A stretch of DNA of 63,693 bases, the filler included, from Octopus bimaculoides (lineage: Eukaryota): assembly GCF_001194135.2 (NCBI RefSeq). It is 7 parts of 6 records of this genome, joined end to end, with 100 filler letters (N's around TTAATTAATTAA, not from the genome) between each part and the next. Parts side by side here need not be neighbours in the genome. Positions count along the whole stretch, not along the records: positions 23,318 to 35,259 come from NC_068982.1; positions 35,360 to 51,667 come from NC_068994.1; 5 more parts are not named here. One strand, given 5' to 3'. Every line of letters begins with the position of its first letter. Positions within the stretch are counted from its first letter, which is position 1. Shown one piece after another: positions 27,600 to 37,996 of this stretch. Both the position numbers and the translations under genes were made by a program. Under the pieces are notes generated by a model. That model was not told where the DNA came from. It did not search any database and saw only the letters and a list, made by a program, of their open reading frames with translations.

Positions 27600-28670
27600 T
27601 ATTCCCTATTTAGTACTGGGGATGTTTCTTTTATGATATGTACTCTTGTATTTGTCTGAATTTACTTCCTTCGGGCGCTTGGATAAAATGCGAACGTCAA
27701 GTTGACTCAACGTGCCTCCATACTGGTCTTTGGCATGTTGTTAGAGTATGGAGGATTGTCTTTTGTCGTCATATTGTCTCAGATGTCCATTTAGTCTCTC
27801 CGCAATGGTCCTAGATGCCTCACCTACGTATATTATGTTCTTGTCTTTACAAGCATCCTCTCTGCACCTTATGCTCTAGACTACACTTCTAGTTCTACAG
27901 TTAATGCCAGGGTTAATCTTACATAACATGCAGTTATCATTGGTGCAAAGGGGTACGTCCTACATAGTTGTGATTTGATGGAACACCTTGGTTTTTTCAA
28001 AGATCTGAATGTTGACTTTAGCCTCTTAAATCTTTAGCTTTCCTAAATCTACGGAGATGTTCTCCATAGGCTGTGGCCTCTACGAACATCACTCCTTGAT
28101 AATTGTCGGTCTTGTACCACGTGTTCATCCTCCTGTTTGCTTTGTCACAAACTCTTTGTATCTATTCCAGTCTTTACTTTAAATCTAGGGCAGGTACTAC
28201 TGGTTTCATTGCTTATAATGCTATCTAACTTATTTCTAGCATCCCTGTATACTCAAACCCTATCTTTCTGACCATATCGAGAGAATTGCATGCACTGCAT
28301 GAATTTCTGTACATGCTTCTTTTTTCATAGGGTTCATATAGTGGGGACACTGTTCATTATCCTAACTAGGTCTGCTATCAGTATGTTGATTTTCATGCTG
28401 TATGAAAAAGGCTGAGTTCTTGTGAACAACATATTTAGAAGCTATATGTTTCATGTAATAGGAGTGAAGGATTGTTCACAATCCCTAGTCAAAGTTCAGA
28501 ATCAAGGGTAGGGAGTCTATTTTCAGGGTGCCTACAGGGGTAATCTATAGTTACCTTCATATTTTGGTGGATGCATGTAGCTAACTCCAGAGTGCAGCTT
28601 TTCCACTCATATTACATGAAAATCAACTTACCTGATAGCAGACCTAGTTAGTATAATGAACAATGTGTCC
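27600..28670 (-). mobile_element. Penelope-like element 3' fragment (RT end/thumb and GIY-YIG), decayed, with 5' inversion
   Basis: Minus strand: VTIDYPCRHPENRLPTLD, MKINILIADLVRIMN, NCRTRSVV, KNIIYVGEASRTIAERLNGH, ETSPVLNRE. Confidence 0.82.
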
Positions 28671-28722
28671 GCACTATGCAGGCGTGTGTGAGTGTGTGTG
28701 TGTGTGTGTGTGCATGTGTGTG

Positions 28723-28762
<40 letters not shown>

Positions 28763-29765
28763 TGACATGTCTTTGTAATTCGTAATTCTAAATTTGTCTG
28801 TTATGAACATTTGAATTTATCAACATTAAAACTTTTAAAGATGCTTTTCTAATTCATAATTTAGAAGTTTTACCATTGATAAAAAAAAAATATTGTTGAA
28901 ACTAGTTTAGTATATATGTAGATAAATTTATTTTAAAGAATTACAAGTTTTTCAAATTCAGGTACATTTTCAACAGCAAATTTGCCTACATATTTCCTCC
29001 TATTTTGTTNNNNNNNNNNNNNNNNNNNNNNNNNNNNNNNNNNNNNNNNNNNNNNNNNNNNNNNNNNNNNNNNNNNNNNNNNNNNNNNNNNNNNNNNNNN
29101 NNNNNNNNNNNNTATATATATATATATATATTGCTGTATTTCTGGACGGTCATTTTTGTTTTGCCAAATGAACACACGCACTATATATTCGTTCTTCGCT
29201 CATTCATAACTGTTCTTATTCTAACTCATGTCCATTGTCCGGACATCTTTCGTCACACATCTGTGACCTCCTCACCGACGCTTTCTCTTTTCGTGTATGC
29301 TGTTGCAGTGCTTATTCCATTCTGTTCTTCTATTATGTGTATCCTTATATGCGAATGCGTCTGTGTTTGTGTCTTTGTGTGTATACATGTGTGTGTGTGT
29401 GCATGCGTGTGTATGTCATTGTTCTTAGTAGCTCTATGACTCTCCCATCCGCTCCATCCCCTACCCCGCTGCTGCTGCCCTTAAACGCGACTTTTTGTAC
29501 TTTTCTTGTGTTTCACTATGTCTGTGTATTCGCCCACGCTGCTGACATAACGGTAGTTGTTGCTATTGTTGCCATAGTTGCTAGTCGTGTTGGTGACATT
29601 GTTGCAGTCGTCTGTGAAGTTTCCGTATGTATGTTTGAGTGTGCATACGGGTTCCCTTCCTATGTTGTTTGTATCCGTGCCTTTTGTACAGTTTTTTATG
29701 TATTTAATTCCTATTTATATTCATCATAGGTATGTGCATACATGTGTAAAGTATGTGGATTACGT

Positions 29766-29821
<56 letters not shown>

Positions 29822-30094
29822 CCTATCAATGTATGTATATAATGTTTGGCAAGGTAAATCGACATTTAATATCCCAACATATTCCTATTATGTTACCAAA
29901 GGCAGTATCCAACACATATATAAATCAATAGATTCTACAAACGTTTTGAGCATAATTTATAGCATTTGTTATAGACAATAAAAAAGTACAGAATCAACAC
30001 TCAAGTCACATATCAAAATGCATGTATATATACATGTGCGTGTGTGTGTGTGTGTGTGTGTGTAATAGATATTGCTCTCTCTCTCTCTCTCTCA

Positions 30095-30139
<45 letters not shown>

Positions 30140-33100
30140 TCTATCTATTTCTGAGCGTGCGCTTGTGTGTAAGTAAGCACCAATGATTTAAACACTATAA
30201 AATCAATAGGTGAATACCTTATACGTTTGACTCATACACCCAAGTTCATTTTTTGCTAACGTATATAAACTCATACAATATGAATTCTTAAATAGATAAC
30301 GCATTAATGAAATTTCTGAGATATAGACCTTTTCCCTAAATCTATAAACATTATTTGTTATAGTTGTTTAATGTGGCTAGTCACGTATTTTATTACCAAA
30401 TACTTATTTGCTCGCTGTCTCTGAAATATTATTGTCACCTTCCTGAATCGTGTGTCAGTCCATATTTAATAATCTTGCAATTATCAAAATTATTTTGACT
30501 TCATTTACACTGTGTGTCAGAAGCTGTTTAAATTAAATATCTTGTTTTTCCAAGTCTATCTCATTACTTCTCTTTTAATTTTAACACTAAATATTCGAAC
30601 CAACAAGTTCTCTATAAGGCCACGTGATCTATAAATAAAATTCGGAGAGAACCGCTTCATATCTCACCCTTTTGCCTTACATAAAAAGGGGGGAACGTGT
30701 GTATTGGACAGATTTAGCCTAGGACATTATCTAAATTGGTAAATCAGAGTGAACGGCGTCTCCCCTATCCGAAGATGGAGTCTGTAAAGAAGTAGCTGAC
30801 ACGTTTCTCACATATTACACCATATACCTTAAGAAGGTAATGACATAATGGATAGTGTTACCTTAGTATACAGATCGAATGAATAAATATGAGGTGTTTC
30901 ATATTTATTGAAACACCCAATAAATTTGATGATAAATTTGTTTAATCAGAGCCGAACTAGAACGAAACGAGAAAACCAACTGATTCATCATTATACCAAT
31001 CTCTCAACATTTAACATTCTCACACAACCTTGTTAGTAGGGGACATCTAGTATTTAATTTATTTTGGCATCATAACGTCTTTATTTGGCTCCACTAAAAT
31101 CTTAGCAGAAACCTGCTAATCGGTGCCAAAATACTCTTACTATTCGGTCGAATGGGAATATTTATATTGTTTTCGGTAGTTATAAAAACGTGTAAGGGAA
31201 TATAATCGAGCTTTGGGGTACAACAGTATTTATAGAGTACTGTCAAACAAGGCTCCATCAGTGCGCACTACGAACGTACCATTTACAGGAAGCTATTCGA
31301 AAGATGAGAGACAGACAGAAGCCGATGGGCGGAACATTTTAGGCGAGGGATTAACAAACGTACAGACACATCATGTTCTATGATTCACATACCCAAAACT
31401 TTCAAAATTCGATATGAAACCACACAACTCTGTTTCATCTAATTTGTGTCAAAGAAGTGATGCCACAAATGCTATACGTTTATTGTTGTTTGTTTCTAAT
31501 ATTTTGTAAATATTTCGTTTATCTTTGGTTATAAAACTTCAAACTGTCATTGTTAGAATGATCTCTCCTCTATGCTTTGAAAATTTATCTTTTCGAAATA
31601 TAAATCACGTTAATTGATCTGTAAATATTACCAGATTCCTCTGTGCGTGGTATGAATACAAAATCACCAGGTTTATAGTAGAAAACCATCGAAATATAAA
31701 CACATTACAGAAGCTTAAAACATAGTATGAGAGAGAAATAAGAACCTGCTCTTATAAATATTAAAATTAGAATCGTTGGTTTTTGTTAACTTACATATCT
31801 TTCTATAATTCGGATAGTTTTTCATATAAAGTAAATTTGACGTTTTTTGTTTGTTTAGCAAATGGTTAACGAAATAAAGTAGCACATAAATCAACGAACA
31901 GGTGAAGACCATTTTTCTTTTGTCAGTACAAAGTATTTTGCTGTAAATAAGTGTACACGCAGAAGGGATGGTGGAGTGTGAGAGACAATAAAGTCCTGGA
32001 TTAAATCTTTTGACATTAACGAAACTTATTATATTGATTATCCCGCGGTAACATTTCACAAACAAACGATTAAGTTTAAATAGTCCTGTTATTGATTCAT
32101 TGCAGTCGTGGCCATTGCGATTGCTCAGTGGCTTTTCTATTGCACTACCTGTCCGTTCACTAATTTAATTCATCATCTGATAAAATCAGTCTTCTACAAA
32201 GTTGCCATCGTTCCCAAAAGACAAATCAGTAATTTTCATAAAGTTGTGATGACCGCTTTAGAGTTAGTTGTCATATGGTAGTAATTGTAAAAGTCATTTC
32301 TCTACGCTATCGCTGCTTATAATTTTAAGATTACACCAAAACGTCCAGTTTTGTCTTTCGTAGTGTATGGAGTCTTTGAGTCGTAATAGAAAGAAACAAA
32401 TACTATTTCTAAGGCATAAGACCAGCAGTTTTAATAGGAGGGGTGAGTCGAAATCTTCAACCTCAGTAATTGAGAAGTACTTTATTTTATTAATCCCAAA
32501 ATGTTAAAATGCAAAGTTGATTCAAACAAAATTTGAACTTAGAACGTAAAAGGTTGGGACAAATACCGTGAAGCATTTTTATTTCCGAAACCAGAGTGGA
32601 AACTACCTATCATCAATCAAAATCTAGATAAGATCATAGCAAAGCAAGCTGAAGCTTCGCATTTCAATTCTTAACTGAAATTTTTATATGTTCTGCTACT
32701 ATACTGATACACTTTCATTTACGTCACACAATCACATTTCAATAGGAAGTAACTACCGTGATTGGCGAAGCTGAATCTTCTGTTCAATTTCCCTATGGTA
32801 TATTTTCTTGAAGAAAGGTATACAGATCACGAAACTCTGTATCACCACCATTAAAAATATATGCACTATGTGCTACCCAAACCCAAATCAATATTATTAT
32901 CTATCAATAAGTATGGAATTACTGCTTTTTTTTTGGACGGATGTCATTGTTCTCTGTATTTATAGATGAGACTTGAAAAAGCAACTATATTGTTATGACT
33001 AACAAATAGCAATCATAATTAATAAAGCATCGTTCGATGTTAATGCTTAATGGCCAATAATTGACTTTAATGTAAAGAACGCTGCTGAGTAGAAAATGAT

Positions 33101-33347
33101 GAACGATGAGTCTGTTCATCTTTTGGATAAATAACAAAAGAATATTTAAAATCCATTATGTAACAGCGGTATAAGTATAATCCTGTGAGCAGACAAAAGA
33201 ATCTAAACAGATATAGCGAAACAAACATCAAATGCTGTACATTCGTCTTGATATTTTATAATCAGCATATCCATTACTACGCAGGTTACTAATTCCATTG
33301 AGGTCTCAAGTATGTGTTGAAATATTGAGACTATTTATATTCATACC

Positions 33348-33547
33348 GGTGCGATGGCGGAATTGTTAGCATGCCGGGCGAAACGCTCAGTAGCATTTCG
33401 TCCGTCTTTTTTCAAATTCCGCCGACGTCGACTTTGTCTTTCATCACTTTGGGGTTGATAAAAAAAGTACCAGTTGAGCACTGAGGTCAATGTAATAGAT
33501 TGTCCTCTTCCCCAAAATTGCTAGCTTTGTGCCAAATTTGAAACCAA
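33348..33547 (+). mobile_element. tRNA-derived SINE
   Basis: Same family as 11335-11543. Confidence 0.85.
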
Positions 33548-35188
33548 TGTATATATTCACATAAACGATATAGAAATTAATACTTTCTTACAAGTACACA
33601 CATTTTCCGATTTATAGGTGAGCTGGGAAATGAAGTATATGAAATAAGTGCTTCGCTTATGATTACTGGTGATGAAACTAAAATGAAGTAGCTACAACTG
33701 ATATTTGAAACCAAATTCCATGCCAAATCGATTTAAGCCGCGATTTTATCTGTTCATGTCCTCTCAAGTCACATTTTAAAATGCAGTGTATTTTTATTGT
33801 GGTAAAGTTATATTTATCATGGGTTCGGAGATGATAGCTACTGTAAAGTTTTCGATGCGTTACTGAGTAAATTTAGGAAATTTACTTAATTTATCTAACG
33901 TTATAGACTAAATAGCAAGCTCTCCAAACGAAGATATCTGTGATATCCTGAGAGGGAGAATATTCTCTTCGACTTAATGTTGCACAAACGATAAACAACA
34001 GTCTTTATAAATAAATAGATTCCGTGTGCTAAGCTCTGAAGATAATGCTAAGATTTGACCTCACTTCTAAACTCTTTTATATTAAGTATTGACTGATCAT
34101 TTACTGGCTCCTATACACATTCATCCAGTATATTGTTGCAGCTCAGCCTTGCACCGGCAAATGTGGCTTTATTTAAATTTCCTTACATTCCCTTTCTTTT
34201 CGTTAGAACTGATATCTTTACAGCTGATATTCCAATGAACCATAGTTCTAAGCATTCTTATTTAAGTCATTTTTAAAAGGTATGCTAATACGCCACTCTG
34301 TTTAACAGAACTTTGTTTTCTTTTATGTAACAATAGCCGTGTTAGTTCTCTTGCAAATATTCCAGGGAAACTCGCAGTTTAAGTTTTTTCAGCAGAAATT
34401 GATCTTCAGATATCCATGCACTAATCTCACTAGTCTGCAAGTGCTTGAAAGAGTCACGATTATTCCCTCTCCTATTCCAAGGAATACAAAAGTATCATGT
34501 CGCCAAATGGTTTGGGGAAATGTTATCCTCAAATACGTTAGACTAATTGCTACCTTAAGTTCATGACGAAAAAATGCTTTATAGCTTTTGGATATAACGT
34601 TCTATTGGGGATATATTTTCTTCTATGAATTTCGGTTAATGTCTATTTATATACGATATTATTTCTTCGGTTTCTCATTAACAATATCTATATTTTACAA
34701 GCTGCTTTTCAGGAGTAGACATTCTATGGCTGAGGATATTAAACATTCTGTTCTTGTTAAGCTGATTCATGTGCATATGTGTATTTCTATAGTTTTATCT
34801 TTGACACATTCATGCATCAGACTACATTACAGACAAGCATCATACATTTAGAATTTGATGTGAGAAAGATTAGCTACGAGTTTGTAAATTTCGCTGGAAC
34901 ATAACAAAAGCGAGTTGATGAATTAACAAGATATGTCAGCCAATGTGCACACAAGACATATTATCATTCAAAGTACTAACTATATATAGGGTGACTTTAA
35001 ATCGCAAAATATTTGATCAGCCATCTGCTTATCAATAATTATTGATTTGAAATTACAATCTAAATAGTTTGAATACATATGCATTTCCTCTTCCTGCACC
35101 CTATACATACATACATACATACATACATGCATACATACATACATATATATGTATACATATGTGCATAATATATATATATACGTATACA

Positions 35189-35259
<71 letters not shown>

Positions 35260-35359
35260 NNNNNNNNNNNNNNNNNNNNNNNNNNNNNNNNNNNNNNNNN
35301 NNNTTAATTAATTAANNNNNNNNNNNNNNNNNNNNNNNNNNNNNNNNNNNNNNNNNNNN
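35260..35359. other. Artificial scaffold-joining linker
   Basis: 44 N + TTAATTAATTAA + 44 N. Confidence 0.95.
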
Positions 35360-36244
35360 ACATCATGAACATTAGTAATATTATGAATATTATTAAAATA
35401 AGCTTTCCATTTCATTCTAGTAATAAATTCTTTAATATTATTAATAAGTTTCAAAATATATTCCTTTCTAGATGAATTCCAAAACAGTGGCTCAATCCTA
35501 CCTGTAAATTCCATAATCAACGAAAAATTGAAAGTTAAATACAAACAACAAACGTTAATTATAAATTAGAAAATAATAATAATATTAAGGACAAAATCCA
35601 AAATTACAGGTAAAAAACTCAATTAAAATCAATTTATAAAAAATATATATGCTACGCTCATCGGTCCCCGGAACATCTTCATTGAGAGGATGGACTATTC
35701 TCGGAATGTAAATTTTCTAATGTTAGCACTTCAAAATGTAGTGGAGTCTTGATTTTGAAATTCCTGTATATGTGTATGTGTGTGTGTGTGTGTTTGTGTG
35801 TGTGTATGTTTGTGTGTCTGTGTGTGTGTCTCTGTGTGTGTGTATGTATGTATGCATGTATTTATGTATGTATGTATGTATGTATGCATGTATGTGTATA
35901 TATGTATATATAAATTTTGAATATTATTACAATACAATAGTATCAATTTCCTACCAAATAAAGCACCCTAAAAGTAGAACTATAAATAAGAAATAATGGT
36001 ACAACAAAGCACCAATGTTTGCTAGAAATAGCAGTCGGTAACGATACGACGCTATGTAAAGCTTCAATGAAATGTATACTGGCAAAGATGTATGCGGGCA
36101 GTGAACTTTAAAAATTTTCGGCTTACCTCTAGAAAGAACTTCGGAAGAGTGGACAACCTAGAATGGACAATTTAGGACCCGAGTTTCGGACTTTCCAAAA
36201 TATGTTTGCTATCGTAAATTTGATTAGTCCTCATCACCTAGATT
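35360..36244 (-). mobile_element. Penelope-like (Naiad-type) element 5' portion: hammerhead, leader and ORF start
   Basis: ATG at 35514 opens MEFTGRIEPLFWNSSRKEYILKLINNIKEFITRMKWKAYF (cf. PLE N-terminal RMRWKA motif). Hammerhead motif upstream at 36244-36169. Confidence 0.7.
36169..36244 (-). ncRNA. Minimal type-I hammerhead ribozyme motif with C3G substitution
   Basis: AATCTAG-GTGATGA-GGACT-(33 nt)-AGTCC-GAAA-CTCGGG-TC-CTAAATT. Stem I 6/7, stem II 5/5, near-palindromic stem III, GUC site. Confidence 0.75.
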
Positions 36245-36286
36245 CACCCGAGACGAAAGTTTAAAATATCGCTACATCTTGCCAGA

Positions 36287-36345
<59 letters not shown>

Positions 36346-36559
36346 CGTGAGACTTTGTGTCTGTGTTTGTATCTCACCACCGCATTACAACCATTGTTGG
36401 TGTGTTTACTTCCAGTAATAAAGCAGTTTGGCAAAAAGTCCTCAACCAATACGCTGCTGTGAGTGCCGCTGGATGGCAAACTCTGGTGATGATGTTATTT
36501 AGTGCTTTCCGATCTATGACGTTGACCTTAGCATGCTTGAGGTCGAGGCACTGTGACTT

Positions 36560-37062
36560 CAAATTGTTTCGCCCATGTCTTCTTTGGTGCGCTGCGCTTG
36601 ATTCACCTTACGTTACATAGTTGTATGGGGGGTGCTCCATCTTGCTGGAAATAAAACTCTACACCTTGAAAGTCCACTTGAATGCTTAGCATTACTGATT
36701 GTCGCAGCAAGTTCAAGTAAATAGGATCAGTACAGTACCGTCAAAAAAATGGTCCAATCAATCTTTTTGATGATAAGCTGTCCAAACTGTAAGTTTTGTA
36801 AAATTACCGTCATATTCCGCTGTAATATACAGAATCTCAGATCTCTACTAGGTGCAATAGTGGTGCTTAATTGAACCATTTCTCCAAACAATATTTCTTG
36901 GAAAGTGTACATCTACGCATCTTGATAAGTGCCATTCGCAAAACTACCCTCATCGGTCTCCGGATCATCTTCATTGAGAGCGTGGACTATTCTCGGAATG
37001 TAAATTTTCCAATGTTAGCACTTCAAAATGTAGTGGAGTCTTAATTTTGAAATTCCTCTACA
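36560..37062 (-). mobile_element. Tc1/mariner (DD41D/rosa-like) transposase fragment
   Basis: Minus strand: IVHALNEDDPE, IGP.FF.DGTV, YFQQDGAPP. Its first ~115 bp recur at 35652-35770. Confidence 0.75.
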
Positions 37063-37236
37063 TGTATGTATGTATGTAAGTATGTATGTATGTATGTATG
37101 TATGTATGTATGTATGTATGTATGTATTTATATATNNNNNNNNNNNNNNNNNNNNNNNNNNNNNNNNNNNNNNNNNNNNNNNNNNNNNNNNNNNNNNNNN
37201 NNNNNNNNNNNNNNNNNNNNNNNNNNNNNNNNNNNN

Positions 37237-37263
37237 CAGGGTTATTTCCCTTCGTCAGCGTCC
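37237..37263 (-). ncRNA. Hammerhead ribozyme motif truncated by an assembly gap
   Basis: GGACG-CTGACGA-AGGG-AAATAA-CCCT-G, then N. The core and perfect stem II are visible; the rest is in the gap. Confidence 0.55.
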
Positions 37264-37404
37264 GATAGCCACCGATCTGCGATGACAGAGATAAATTCTT
37301 GGCAACCTTATGTACCTTTTTCCAGTGAAATTCTTCACTGATATCGAAAAAGTGAAAACAAGCAATGTTAATTCTCTAAATTAGGTTTTAACAGTAACCT
37401 GTAT

Positions 37405-37996
37405 ATATGGTCTATATACAGGTCCAATGTTACATCTAAAAAATTAGCTAAAGATGTATCATCTTCAAAAATTATGCGCATTCCCATTCGGCGAAAAAAT
37501 TTAGCTAATATATTCTTAACCCTTTGTACTGTTGTTTAGAACTATTCCTAAGATATGAGGCAATCATCCCTATATAGACCTTCCCCCCTAATGTTTGGGA
37601 ATTGATCTACCATTTCCTTAAGTATGAAGGAACATACAATGTCAGCTATCTGTGCCGAATCAGAACTCCCCATAGGGACATCAAATGCATCCGGGGTATC
37701 TTTACGAATCCAAATTTTGTTATTGAAATTAATAAATGATTTTCTAGTCGCTAATATTACATTAATCTCATCCCTTGTAAGCCCTGCCTGATTGTGTGCA
37801 AACCACAATGCTTTATTAAGTATAACACGATTAATTGAAGAATAAAAATTCGCCATATCAAATTGGATAAATTTCACATTTTCCTTACCGTTAATCAATT
37901 TGAACCATTCTACGACTTGTGTAGAATTAGACCATAGATGAAGCTTTAATTTCCTTACTATTGTAGGGATATATTTATCTAATATATTCTTAGCTG
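37405..37996 (-). pseudogene. Naiad-type PLE reverse transcriptase core (inverted 5' segment)
   Basis: FIQFDMANFYSSI, FDVPMGSSDSAQIADIV, GLYRDDCL, FLDVTLDL. Confidence 0.9.

Noticed and set aside
29490-29715. About 75-codon stop-free frame on the minus strand (Asn/Thr-rich)
   Set aside because: No start codon, no convincing splice sites, no recognisable domain and low-complexity composition.
32101-32160. TATTGCAC (miR-92-family seed) in a possible hairpin
   Set aside because: Pairing beyond about 6 bp is poor and the rest does not resemble mature miR-92.
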